From an uncultured Gemmatimonadales bacterium (lineage in GTDB: Bacteria > Gemmatimonadota > Gemmatimonadetes > Gemmatimonadales > GWC2-71-9), in NCBI GenBank assembly GCA_963779755.1, contig CAVZZO010000003.1, forward strand, positions 1,696,001 through 1,760,000: a stretch of DNA of 64,000 bases, read 5' to 3'. The translations under genes and the position numbers were made by a program. The notes under the pieces are model-generated. The model was not told where the DNA came from, did no database searches, and saw only the letters and a list, made by a program, of their open reading frames with translations. This document shows positions 1-8,835 of this stretch, in pieces. Every line of letters starts with the position of its first letter. The stretch's first letter is position 1.

Positions 1-816
1 CAACGGCACCGGCCTCGGCGAATCCAGCACCGTCTCACGACAGGCTGGCAGACTTCCCTGCAGGCAGGCGACCGAGGCCAAGCCGGCGTGGTACTGGGGC
101 GGGAGGTTTCCACTGGCCAGCGCCACCAGGCGAAGGACCGGCCAGGTCGAGTCGCCTTTCCAGGGGTCGCGGACCGCGGTACTGGAGCTTTCCGTCCAGT
201 TCCATGACAGCGTAGGGCCGAAGCGCCGCCCTTGGAGCCAGTCCCGGACATGCGGACCCGGCACGCCGAAGGCCGCGTAGTAGGCGCAGAGACCCAGCTC
301 ACGCTCCAGCCGGCCCGCGGAACGCGGGGTCGCCAGCAGGAGGCAGGTGCGCCCGTCCGTTACGCCGGGCAACAGATCCCCACCCCCGGAGTACAGGGTC
401 AGCAACTGCCCGCCGGGCAGCCGGGCGAGGACCGAATCGGGGATGAACACCACGCCGGCCCGCAGGGCCGGTGCCGGCCCCACCAGTCGCCGGTAGCGCG
501 CGGCCAGGTCGACGAAATCCTCACTGTCGGCCGCACTCACCGTTCGGTACCGCAGGAGCAAGAGGCCCCCAGCGGAATCGGCCGGGATGCGATGCCGCAG
601 ACTGTCACGCCACGTCAGGAAGAACAGCGCCGAGCGGGCCGCAGTAATCTCCCAGCCGACCTGCCCGCGCTGGTCGATGGCCGCCTGGATTTCCCGGCTG
701 ACTTCCCGCTCATGGCGGGGAGGAGCGTGACGGCGGTGATTGCCGCTCGTCCCGATCAGGATCAGGGCACAGCCCAGCAGCACGCCGAGAGTCCAGCGTC
801 CGGGTGTCAGCGCCAC
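1..816 (-). CDS. Membrane-anchored hypothetical protein, last visible gene of the Ytr-like operon; partial, runs off the window edge
   Basis: Not in the ORF track; translated by hand. GTG at 816 overlaps the upstream gene's stop and the frame stays open to base 1: MALTPGRWTLGVLLGCALILIG...LGLCAYYAAFGVPG...ACLQGSLPAC. Confidence 0.75.
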   Translation of the reverse strand, partial: MALTPGRWTLGVLLGCALILIGTSGNHRRHAPPRHEREVSREIQAAIDQRGQVGWEITAARSALFFLTWRDSLRHRIPADSAGGLLLLRYRTVSAADSEDFVDLAARYRRLVGPAPALRAGVVFIPDSVLARLPGGQLLTLYSGGGDLLPGVTDGRTCLLLATPRSAGRLERELGLCAYYAAFGVPGPHVRDWLQGRRFGPTLSWNWTESSSTAVRDPWKGDSTWPVLRLVALASGNLPPQYHAGLASVACLQGSLPACRETVLDSPRPVPL

Positions 817-1928
817 CGGGTACTCCTGAGGGCCAGCAGGCCGAACAGGCCGGCCCAGCAAAGTGTCGAGACCGCGGTACGCCCCGGGGCAGTGACCGGA
901 TCGGGCCGCGCTGCGACCGCGCGCGCGCGCCACTCGGCGACCAGCGAATTCACCGGAACGCCGGCAGCGGCCCCGAGCCGCTCACCCAGTGTGCCAGCGG
1001 TCTCCCTCAGACGCCGCAGGGCCCCCGCGCCGCCATCCGCGAGCGCGAACCGGACCAGCAGCCGACGGCTGTCTTGGGACAGGGGCAGCGCCAGGTTGTG
1101 GTCGCGCAGCAATGAGTCGCAGGCGGCGGCCCGACCCTGCACCAGGCAGCCGGAGTTGAGGTTCCGGGTTCCGGGCACCAGCTCCCGCGCCAGCGCCACG
1201 CGCTCCTCCGGGCTGTAGAGCTCGCGCAGCGGGTCCTGCATCGGCCGAACGCCGACCGCATCCAGGCAGCGGAGGAGGTCGCCGGCCTGGCATGCCCGCA
1301 CCGCCTGCGAGGGTGCCGTCACCAGCTCAACGTGCGTGCGTTCGGCATCGGTGGCGAGCGGGCGAAAGAACCCGATGGCAAAACTGGCTGGATCGAGCCA
1401 GCGAGTGAGCGTGGTATCCCCACTTTTCCAGTAGGCGCGCCCCAGCTCCAGCGCGATGGTGGCGGGAAGCAGTCCACGATCCTGCACCGTTGACCAGGAG
1501 GTGCTGTTCCATACGGTGCTTCCGGTGTCGGCGCTCGTCAGGCGGAAGGCCGTACCGGTGCTGTCCGCCACCACGGCCTCCATCCGGAGCGCGCCCAGCT
1601 CATCGGCGTTCCGGCCAAGACTGCTTTCCAGAATGGTCCAGGCGGAATCCAGGCCCCACTGCATCTCCTGCAACTGCAGGGGCGTGGCCCGCTGGTCGCG
1701 CCAGCCGCTCACGACGGCCAGGAGGACGCCGGAGCGGACGGTGTCCATCCGCGATGGCGGCGCCTGAAGCGCCGAGTTGATCCGGTCAGCCAGCTGGGCC
1801 TGCAGCGCCAGGAGAGAGTCCAGCCGCCGGCCCAATGCGGAGGCTGACTCCTGTGCGCCCAATGGCCCGGCCAGGAGCAGGCCGGCGAGGAGAACCGGCA
1901 GCAGCGGGGAGAGGCCTCGCTTAGACAT
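807..1928 (-). CDS. Exported protein with signal peptide, Cys-pair motifs and C-terminal TM anchor
   Basis: Signal peptide (LLPVLLAGLLLAGPLGA-Q); motifs ACQAGDLLRC and CLVQGRAAAC; overlaps both neighbouring genes. Confidence 0.8.
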   Translation of the reverse strand: MSKRGLSPLLPVLLAGLLLAGPLGAQESASALGRRLDSLLALQAQLADRINSALQAPPSRMDTVRSGVLLAVVSGWRDQRATPLQLQEMQWGLDSAWTILESSLGRNADELGALRMEAVVADSTGTAFRLTSADTGSTVWNSTSWSTVQDRGLLPATIALELGRAYWKSGDTTLTRWLDPASFAIGFFRPLATDAERTHVELVTAPSQAVRACQAGDLLRCLDAVGVRPMQDPLRELYSPEERVALARELVPGTRNLNSGCLVQGRAAACDSLLRDHNLALPLSQDSRRLLVRFALADGGAGALRRLRETAGTLGERLGAAAGVPVNSLVAEWRARAVAARPDPVTAPGRTAVSTLCWAGLFGLLALRSTRWR

Positions 1929-2577
1929 CGATCAGCATCCACCGGCCGGTGAAGACGTCCAGCGGGCCGGGCCAGATCATGACGCGGTCGAGGAACCAGA
2001 GAATCGGATTGAAACCGGTGACGGCATGGATCAGGAGCCCGAGGCCGATAACACCGGCGATGGCGCCCAGAATCCAGGCGGCCGTCCGGGATGATCCCGC
2101 AACCACCGCGAAGAAGCAGGCGAACGCCACCAGGGCAGCGAGAGCGAAGCGCAGGGCGAGGAGCGTGGGGTAGCCGTGCAGGCCGGCAGGGAGCGCGGTG
2201 CGTGCCACGGCGAGGAGGCTGCCGGCCCAGAGGAGCAGGACCGGTACCAACAGCAGCAGAACGCCGGCGCCGAACCGGGATAGGACGTAGTGCCAGCGGG
2301 GCAACGGCAGCGAGAGGGCGTAGACATGGCGTCCCCGGCGGTCGCTCTGCCAGGCGGTGAACGCGAGCAGGAGTCCGGAGAGCGCCGCCAGGAGCGGATA
2401 CAGGGTGCCGTAGGACTGGAGCGCGGAAAGCATCCCCAACACTTCCCAGCGCCCCACGCCGCCGCTTCCCGCCGCGGCCCGGACCGTGGCCAGCGGCACC
2501 GCGAAGGCCAGGAGACCGAGGAACGCCAGGGCCGGGCGGGACCACTTCCATTGCGACCAGAGAATGACGCGGAACAC
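1921..2577 (-). CDS. ABC transporter permease (ABC-2/Ytr-like)
   Basis: About 6 hydrophobic segments; YALSLPLPRWHYVLSRF motif; probable GTG start at 2577 after GAGGAGG. Confidence 0.8.
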   Translation of the reverse strand: MFRVILWSQWKWSRPALAFLGLLAFAVPLATVRAAAGSGGVGRWEVLGMLSALQSYGTLYPLLAALSGLLLAFTAWQSDRRGRHVYALSLPLPRWHYVLSRFGAGVLLLLVPVLLLWAGSLLAVARTALPAGLHGYPTLLALRFALAALVAFACFFAVVAGSSRTAAWILGAIAGVIGLGLLIHAVTGFNPILWFLDRVMIWPGPLDVFTGRWMLIDV

Positions 2578-2588
2578 GGGTTCCCTCC

Positions 2589-3485
2589 TCAGGACGCGTG
2601 CGGCCGCGCGGAGCGCAGCAGCTCGACGAATCCTTCTTCCAGGTCGAGATCGATGACCTCGCGCAGCGTGGCGCCAACCGAGTCGAAGTACTGACTCATG
2701 GGCGGCTGCCATCCACGGACGATCCAGGTTTCATGGGCGCCTTCGGCCACGGTACGGTCCAGCAGGATGAACGGGGTATCCTCCACCCGCTCAGGCGGCC
2801 GGGCCACGCGGAGTCGCTTGATGCCTGCCTTGAAGCTGATCATCGGCATTTCCGCCACCAGCCGGCCCGCGTCCAGCACGCCCACCCAGTCGCAGATCCG
2901 TTCCAGCTCGTGCACCAGGTGGCTGGAAATGAGGACCGTCGCGGTTCGGCGGGCGACGTAGTCCAGCAGCGCAGTCAGTACCTCCCGCCGCACCACCGGA
3001 TCGAGCCCGTCGGTGGGTTCGTCCAGCAGCAGGAGATCCGGCTGCTGCGCCAGGGCCAGCAGGATAAGCAGCTTGCCCATCTCTCCCTTGGAGAGGCGCA
3101 GCAGTCCCTGCGCCCGCTCGAGCCGGAACCGGCTCAGCAGCTCCTCGGCCCATTTCCAGTCCCAGGAGGGGTAGAAGGCGGAGTGAAACCGCAGGGCCTC
3201 TTCCACAGTGAAGGAGAGGTGCAGGTGCGGGCGCTCGGGCACGAAACCGGTGGATCGGAGCATGTCCGGCGTCTGAGCAGGGATCTCGCGCCCCAGCACC
3301 CGAATCCTGCCGGAGCGGGCCCGGAGCAGTCCCATGAGCAGGCGGATGCTGGTGGTCTTTCCGCTGCCATTCGGCCCGAGGAAACCATAGACCGCGCCCT
3401 GCGGCACGTGGAGGCCCAGATCGCGAATCTCGAACCGCCAGCCCGCGCGGTAGCACACTCCGGATGTCTCGATGGCGTAGCTCAT
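2589..3485 (-). CDS. ABC transporter ATP-binding protein (YtrB-like)
   Basis: Walker A GPNGSGKTT, signature LSKGE, Walker B LLLLDEP, H-loop SSH. Confidence 0.95.
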   Translation of the reverse strand: MSYAIETSGVCYRAGWRFEIRDLGLHVPQGAVYGFLGPNGSGKTTSIRLLMGLLRARSGRIRVLGREIPAQTPDMLRSTGFVPERPHLHLSFTVEEALRFHSAFYPSWDWKWAEELLSRFRLERAQGLLRLSKGEMGKLLILLALAQQPDLLLLDEPTDGLDPVVRREVLTALLDYVARRTATVLISSHLVHELERICDWVGVLDAGRLVAEMPMISFKAGIKRLRVARPPERVEDTPFILLDRTVAEGAHETWIVRGWQPPMSQYFDSVGATLREVIDLDLEEGFVELLRSARPHAS

Positions 3486-3862
3486 GCGGCGCTGACTCCC
3501 ATTTCACGGTCCAGTGCCGTCCGCAGATCCGTGGCGGTAAGGCCCAGCCTGGCCCCCTCGGCCAGGAGACTGCGCACCAGGCGCGATGCCTCGAAGCCGC
3601 GCTCATCGTCGCGGCGCGCCGCCTGGACCTCGCGCACGAAGGTCCCCGCCCCCTGCCGCATCTCCACGAAGCCCTCGCGCTCCAGGTCTCGATAGGCCTG
3701 GACGACGGTGGCCGGATTTACCCGGAGCCGGATGGCAAGCTGCCGTACCGAAGGCAGGCTCTCGCCCGCACGCAGCTCACCCGAAGCCACCGCCAGACGG
3801 ATCCGGGAGGCGATCTGCGCATACAGCGGGGTGGGACTGCGTGGGTCGATCCGGTCGAACAT
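3482..3862 (-). CDS. GntR-family regulator, YtrA subfamily
   Basis: PLYAQI...LPSVRQLA...VNPATVVQAYRDLEREG wHTH; short C-terminus; heads an ABC operon. Confidence 0.95.
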   Translation of the reverse strand: MFDRIDPRSPTPLYAQIASRIRLAVASGELRAGESLPSVRQLAIRLRVNPATVVQAYRDLEREGFVEMRQGAGTFVREVQAARRDDERGFEASRLVRSLLAEGARLGLTATDLRTALDREMGVSAA

Positions 3863-4027
3863 GGGTTACCTGTGCTTCTACCGTGGAATCAGGGGACCGG
3901 CCGGGCGGACGGATCCGATATACAGCCGGCCCAACGATCCCCATGCCAATGCCCGCGTCAGGCCTGATAAGCCACTGAATAACAACGTGGTAGCAGCGAA
4001 GTCCCAGGAGATTGCAAAGCGTGTCTG

Positions 4028-4049
4028 GTGTATCATTGTTCTAATACAC
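4028..4049. promoter_or_regulatory. Putative YtrA operator palindrome
   Basis: GTGTATCATTGTTCTAATACAC, an AT-rich inverted repeat (GTGTAT-N10-ATACAC) upstream of the GntR gene. Confidence 0.7.
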
Positions 4050-4170
4050 TACTACTGTGTTGGAGAGCCGTCAAGGTCCCTTCCCGACGCAGGGGATTGC
4101 GCCGGGCGGCGAGGCTGGGGGTATGCTTCGAGGAGCTACCCTGGCGATAGCAGAGCCTCAGGAGGAGTTC

Positions 4171-4557
4171 ATGAAGAAACTGACCCCCGTGATCCCCGTC
4201 GATGCGATCGAGCCCTGCCTGCCCTTCTGGGAGCAGCTCGGGTTTTCCAGAGTGGCCGAGGTTCCCATGGGAGATCGGTTGGGATTCGTGATCCTCTCCA
4301 GCGGCAATGTGGAGATCATGTACCAGAGCATGGAGAGCATCGCGGGGGACGTGCCCGCCATGGCCCGGCTGGTCAGCGCCGGGACTCCGCTGTACATCGA
4401 GGTGGAGCAACTCGACGAACTCCTCCCGAAGCTGCACGACGCCAAGGTGATCGTCCCCGAGCGCACCACCTTCTATGGTGCCCGGGAAATCTTCGTCCAG
4501 GCGCCCTGCGGGACGGTGGTCGGGTTCGCGGAGCAGGAAAAGAGGACCGAGGACTGA
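4171..4557 (+). CDS. VOC/glyoxalase family protein
   Basis: AGGAGGAG RBS before ATG 4171; PLYIEVEQLD and TFYGAREIFVQAPCG motifs. Confidence 0.88.
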   Translation: MKKLTPVIPVDAIEPCLPFWEQLGFSRVAEVPMGDRLGFVILSSGNVEIMYQSMESIAGDVPAMARLVSAGTPLYIEVEQLDELLPKLHDAKVIVPERTTFYGAREIFVQAPCGTVVGFAEQEKRTED

Positions 4558-4569
4558 GGACTGAGGACC
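4542..4569 (+). repeat. GAGGAC(T/C) heptamer x4, supplies the VOC stop codon
   Basis: GAGGACC GAGGACT GAGGACT GAGGACC; TGA at 4555-4557. Confidence 0.9.
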
Positions 4570-4573
4570 TTTT

Positions 4574-4600
4574 TTCAACCCCCGCGCCTCCGGCGGCGTC
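4574..4600 (+). promoter_or_regulatory. ECF-type promoter (AAC-N17-CGTC), probably autoregulatory and leaderless
   Basis: TTCAACC...GGCGGCGTC ending 9 nt before GTG 4609; second copy at 6775-6802. Confidence 0.65.
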
Positions 4601-4608
4601 CCAGTCAT

Positions 4609-5184
4609 GTGGCCATCAGTCTCGCACCCATACTCCGGCGTTCAGCGGCGGCGCGCGTGACCGGCGCACCGGCCGAGCTGGACCGGCTGGTTACCCGCGC
4701 CCGCGCGGGCGACCAGGCCGCCTTCCGCGCGCTCTACGAGGGCACGGTAGGGCGCGTGTACGCCGTCTGTCTCCGGCTCACCGCCGACCCGGCCCTCTCG
4801 GAAGAGCTGACCCAGGATGTCTTCGTCCAGGCATGGCGGCGGCTGGAGACCTTCCGGGGCGACAGCGCCTTCACCACCTGGCTGCACCGCATCGCGGTCA
4901 ACCAGGTCTGCTCCGACCGCCGGGCCGAAGCGCGCCGCGGCCGCCGCACGGCTCTCCTCGCCCGGGAAACGGAAGACCGGCACACGCCGGCGCCCGGCCA
5001 GGCCCTCGACCTGGAAGGGGCCATCGCCGCGCTTCCGCCCGGCGCGCGCCAGGCGTTCGTGCTCCACGACGTGGAGGGCTACAGTCATGAGGAAATCGCC
5101 CGGATGAACGGGCGCACGGCGGGAACCATCAAGGCGCAGCTGTTTCGGGCCAGGCGGCTGCTCCGGGAGCTGCTGGAGCGATGA
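4609..5184 (+). CDS. ECF RNA polymerase sigma factor
   Basis: Region 2 (SEELTQDVF, FTTWLHRIAVN) and region 4 (LHDVEGYSHEEIA...KAQLFRAR). Confidence 0.95.
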   Translation: MAISLAPILRRSAAARVTGAPAELDRLVTRARAGDQAAFRALYEGTVGRVYAVCLRLTADPALSEELTQDVFVQAWRRLETFRGDSAFTTWLHRIAVNQVCSDRRAEARRGRRTALLARETEDRHTPAPGQALDLEGAIAALPPGARQAFVLHDVEGYSHEEIARMNGRTAGTIKAQLFRARRLLRELLER

Positions 5185-5807
5185 ACTGCCAGGAATGCCT
5201 TGCCCTGCTCGACCGGCCGCCCACTCGCCCGCCGACCGGCCGTGCGCGGCACGAAATGGAGCGCCATCTGTCCCACTGTCCGGCCTGCCGCGCCGACCAG
5301 CGCTTTCTCCCCCGACTCCGGAGGGAGACGGCCGAACTGCCGCGCGCGCTCAGGCCGTCGCGGGACCTGTGGGAGGGCATTGCCGCCCGGCTGGACCGGC
5401 CCGATCACCCGGCACGGCCGGTGCGACCGCTCTGGTCGCGGCCCCCGGCCCTGGCGGCGGCGGCGCTGCTGCTGCTAACCATTTCGGCGGCGGCCACTGC
5501 GCTGCTGCTGCGGGACCACCGGCCTCCGGCCCTGCAGACGGCGCAGGTCCGGCGGATGGAGCAGGCCTATCAGGCGGCGGCCAGCGATCTCACAGGGGCG
5601 CTGGAGTCCAACCGCGCCGCGCTGGGCCCCCAGGCGGCGGCGTCGGTGGAGCGGAGCCTGCGCGAGCTCGACACCGCGATCGTCGAGGCGCGGCGGGCGC
5701 TCGAGCAGCACCCGGGCAGCCTCGAGCTGGCGGGTTTCCTGCGCGATTCCTATCAGAAGAAGATTGACCTGCTGCAACGAACCGCTCAGGCGCGGGAGGG
5801 CTCCTGA
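5181..5807 (+). CDS. Zinc-binding (zf-HC2) anti-sigma factor
   Basis: MNC...HLSHCPAC (HxxxCxxC); one TM helix; ATGA overlap with the sigma gene. Confidence 0.9.
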   Translation: MNCQECLALLDRPPTRPPTGRARHEMERHLSHCPACRADQRFLPRLRRETAELPRALRPSRDLWEGIAARLDRPDHPARPVRPLWSRPPALAAAALLLLTISAAATALLLRDHRPPALQTAQVRRMEQAYQAAASDLTGALESNRAALGPQAAASVERSLRELDTAIVEARRALEQHPGSLELAGFLRDSYQKKIDLLQRTAQAREGS

Positions 5808-6682
5808 TGATGCGATCCCTGCTTCTCGTGGCCCTGCTGCTGCAGAGGGCCGCCGGGGCTGCGGCTCAGCAACCGATCGCCCGGGCCGTCGCGATCGCCC
5901 CGGATGCGAGCATCCGCATCTGGAACCTTACCGGCTCGGTGCGGGTCGAGGGCTGGGATCGCGACAGCCTGGCCGTCTCCGGCACCGTGGCGGGACCGGC
6001 CGGCGCCTTCTTCTTTGGCGCGTCGGGCCGCAGCGCGAAGCTGGGGGTGCAGAGCCCGGACGACCCGGCCCGGGCCGAAGCGTCGCAACTGGTGGTGCGG
6101 GTGCCCCGCCGCTCGCGCGTCTGGGTCAAGACCGCCACGGCGGACATCGAGGTCAGCGGCCTGGTGGGCGGCGCCGACCTCAATGCTACCAGCGGCAACA
6201 TCCGGGTACGCGGGACGCTGCAGGACCTCAGCGCCGAGACCATGGACGGTTCCGTCACACTGGATGCCTCTTCGGCTTGGCTCCGTGCCCGGACCGCGAC
6301 GGGAGCCGTCGTGTTGCGGGGCGGAAGTGAGGACGCGGGCGTGACCACCGTTGGTGGGAGCATCGAGGTCGTCAGTACCGGCCTGCGGCGCGGCCGGTTC
6401 GAGTCGGTCACCGGCCCCATTCGGGTGAGCGGCCGGCTCGCCCGGGACGCCTCCTTGAGCCTGGAGAGCCACAGTGGAGCGGTAACGCTCACCGTGCCGC
6501 CCGATCTGGGCGCCGAGTACAACCTGTCCAGCTACGAGGGAAACATCGTGACCGGTCTGGTCGACCGCACCCCCGCGGTGGAACCGGGCTCCGGCAGCCA
6601 TACGCTCGATTTCCTGGCGAACGGCGGGGGAGCGATCATCAACATCCGGACCTTCAAGGGGCGGATTCAGGTCAAGGAGTGA
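5807..6682 (+). CDS. DUF4097-like beta-strand repeat exported protein
   Basis: Signal peptide; repeated T-x-x-G-x-I/V units (ATSGNI, TMDGSV, TVGGSI, SHSGAV, TFKGRI). Confidence 0.88.
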   Translation: MMRSLLLVALLLQRAAGAAAQQPIARAVAIAPDASIRIWNLTGSVRVEGWDRDSLAVSGTVAGPAGAFFFGASGRSAKLGVQSPDDPARAEASQLVVRVPRRSRVWVKTATADIEVSGLVGGADLNATSGNIRVRGTLQDLSAETMDGSVTLDASSAWLRARTATGAVVLRGGSEDAGVTTVGGSIEVVSTGLRRGRFESVTGPIRVSGRLARDASLSLESHSGAVTLTVPPDLGAEYNLSSYEGNIVTGLVDRTPAVEPGSGSHTLDFLANGGGAIINIRTFKGRIQVKE

Positions 6683-6763
6683 AGGACTGAGGACTGAGCG
6701 GAGCTACGCCGGCGCGAGGGCCGGGACGCCGCGAGCGAGAAGCCCGACGACTGAGGACTGAGC
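6683..6763 (+). repeat. Two GACTGAGGACTGAGC heptamer doublets
   Basis: ggactgaggactgagc at about 6685-6699 and gactgaggactgagc at about 6749-6763. Confidence 0.8.
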
Positions 6764-6774
6764 ACCGGAAATCA

Positions 6775-6802
6775 TTCAAACCTCCAGCCGCCGGGCGGCG
6801 TC
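6775..6802 (+). promoter_or_regulatory. Second copy of the ECF-type promoter
   Basis: TTCAAACC...GGCGGCGTC with the same AAC-N17-CGTC spacing as 4577-4600. Confidence 0.65.
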
Positions 6803-6831
6803 TCAGGGCATCACCTCACCTGGAGGGACCG

Positions 6832-7434
6832 ATGCCCCGCCGTTTCCCCCGTCAACCGATGTTCCTTGCCGCGCTGCTCTCGCTGGTTGCCGCCCTGCCC
6901 GCACATGCCGGCCCGCCCTGGATTGCGGTCGAGTACCCGGCGAACCCGTTCACCCAGGCCACCCGGGGAGCGCTGCTTCTGGTCCGCACCTATCATCATG
7001 GCGAGGCGACCAGCTATCCGCTGACCGGTACCGCCGAGGGACTGGTCAATGGCCAGCGACACAGCCTCCCGCTGCGGTTCGAACCCACCGGGACGACGGG
7101 GCAATACGCGCTGCGATTCGAAAAGCCGGCAGAGGGTGTCTGGGTGCTGGTCGCGTCGCTGGGAAGCGGCGAGGGCCGGATCGGCGCGCTGATCGGCCTG
7201 GACCGGGAGGGACATGTCGCCTCCGTCCAGGTGCCGACGCACCGGCAGGAGAACTGGGTCATTCCCGAAGCAGTGAAGCCCGAAGCTGTCGATGCCGCAC
7301 TCCGGGCGCAGACCGCTCGGATCGGCGGCCCCGCACCCCGGGACCTCGGGCTGGGACGCGGTGGGAGTATGCTGCTGCTGGCCGGCCTCGGCGTGGCCCT
7401 GGTGCTACCGTTCGGTCTGAGGCGGATACCATAG
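6832..7434 (+). CDS. Exported hypothetical protein with C-terminal membrane anchor
   Basis: GGAGGG RBS; signal peptide ending AHA; PWIAVEYPANP and VRTYHHG motifs; C-terminal hydrophobic helix. Confidence 0.8.
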   Translation: MPRRFPRQPMFLAALLSLVAALPAHAGPPWIAVEYPANPFTQATRGALLLVRTYHHGEATSYPLTGTAEGLVNGQRHSLPLRFEPTGTTGQYALRFEKPAEGVWVLVASLGSGEGRIGALIGLDREGHVASVQVPTHRQENWVIPEAVKPEAVDAALRAQTARIGGPAPRDLGLGRGGSMLLLAGLGVALVLPFGLRRIP

Positions 7435-7435
7435 C

Positions 7436-7513
7436 CCCTCGACCCCTCGACCCTCTCGACCCTCTCGACCCTCTCGACCCTCTCCAATGTCGACCAATCC
7501 GGGAGGGTCGAGC
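7436..7513. repeat. CGACCCTCT nonamer array (about 5 copies) with an inverted arm, between convergent genes
   Basis: ctcgacccctcgaccctctcgaccctctcgaccctctcgaccctctc ... gagggtcgag. Confidence 0.85.
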
Positions 7514-7515
7514 CC

Positions 7516-8745
7516 CTATTTGCGCCTCAACGCGTGCACCTCCACAAATTCCTGCCCGCTCGGGTCGGTCCTGCTGGCCAGGATCCGGTCGGCGCCGACA
7601 TCGAGTACCGTCAAGCCGGCCGGGATGGTAACCCTCCCGAGCAAGCGACCGGCGGAATCAAACACGGCCCACCGGGAGGGACCGGGGCCGGCGTGCTCCC
7701 GGGCCCAGAGATCGCCCTGGCTGTCCAGCAGCAGCGCCGACACCGCCGACTCCCGGGCGGGCCAGGGAATGGAATCGTAGACCGCGGTGAGGGTGCGCTC
7801 GACCGCCGCTCCCTTGCGGGCCGCGTCGGCCAGGCGCTCGGCGCGGACGGCGGCGATCCCGGCCGGGGTGACGCTGTCGCCCTGCCGGGGGACGCGGATG
7901 ATCCGCTGCAGGCGGCCGTGTTCATCGTAGGTCCGGATCTCATAGCGCTCGCCGGTTGCGGCGTGGAGCCGGCCGTCGCCGGGCACCACCGCGGGCTGCC
8001 GTCCGAAGGGCAGCGGGACCACGGCCAGACTGCCCCCGGGACGAGCCACGAAGAACTGGTCGCCCGGAAACCGGCCCAGGGTATCGACCACCCGGCCGCC
8101 CGGGTCGCGCCGGAAGTAGTGCAGCGATTCCTGGTAGATTCCGTTCGGCAGCGAGTCGGGGTCCATCACCCGCCGTTCATAGCTGAGGAGCGACCCGTCG
8201 GCGAACGCGGCCACCGGCAGCGGCACAACGGACGGATCGGGGGAGGCGATGGAGAACTGCCGCCCGTACCGGCCCTCCCGGTCGAACACCAGGAGTTCCG
8301 CGTTCAGGTTATCGTACAGCAGGAGCGAGTCGCCCCGATAGGCGCGAACCCAGCCCACCCGCTCGAATTCTCCCACCCGCCGTCCCGGCCGTAGCAGGTT
8401 GACGGCAATGGTGCCGCCGGCATCGTAGACCCTGAGGGCCGGGGGAGATGCATTGCCTACGGCAAACCCCCCGCCCGGGAAGAGGACCCCGCCCCGGATT
8501 CCCGCGAAGCTGTAGGCGGGCTCGATGGCGTCGCCTCCCAGCACGACCTGCGGGGAATCCGCGACAACCCACCCGGCGCCGGCGGGCCATTCCGGCAGCG
8601 AATCGGCAAGAATCGCGACACCGGCGCTGTCGCGGCCCGGCGGGGGCGCGGCCGCTCGCGGAGCACCGGCACGGCTCTCGCAAGCCAGCAGCGCGAGCGC
8701 GCCGATCGCCACGATTCCGGCCGGCAGGCGGAACGAAGAGGTCAT
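7516..8745 (-). CDS. 6-bladed beta-propeller-type lipoprotein
   Basis: Lipobox LLAC; repeated (V/L)F/YD-x-x-G-R blades; start reassigned to ATG 8745 because the longer ORF is the antisense shadow of the kinase. Confidence 0.85.
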   Translation of the reverse strand: MTSSFRLPAGIVAIGALALLACESRAGAPRAAAPPPGRDSAGVAILADSLPEWPAGAGWVVADSPQVVLGGDAIEPAYSFAGIRGGVLFPGGGFAVGNASPPALRVYDAGGTIAVNLLRPGRRVGEFERVGWVRAYRGDSLLLYDNLNAELLVFDREGRYGRQFSIASPDPSVVPLPVAAFADGSLLSYERRVMDPDSLPNGIYQESLHYFRRDPGGRVVDTLGRFPGDQFFVARPGGSLAVVPLPFGRQPAVVPGDGRLHAATGERYEIRTYDEHGRLQRIIRVPRQGDSVTPAGIAAVRAERLADAARKGAAVERTLTAVYDSIPWPARESAVSALLLDSQGDLWAREHAGPGPSRWAVFDSAGRLLGRVTIPAGLTVLDVGADRILASRTDPSGQEFVEVHALRRK

Positions 8746-8835
8746 CTGCAGCTGTCCCGGATTGAGCCGGACCGCGGCCCGGCGCTTGATTTCGAGTCTG
8801 GTTCGGGCAAGATAACGGTCCATTCGGAGAATCTG

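Noticed and set aside
7488..7512. Third ECF42 promoter (TGTCGA...TCGAG)
   Set aside because: Spacer is 14 nt, and it lies between convergent genes within a repeat hairpin.
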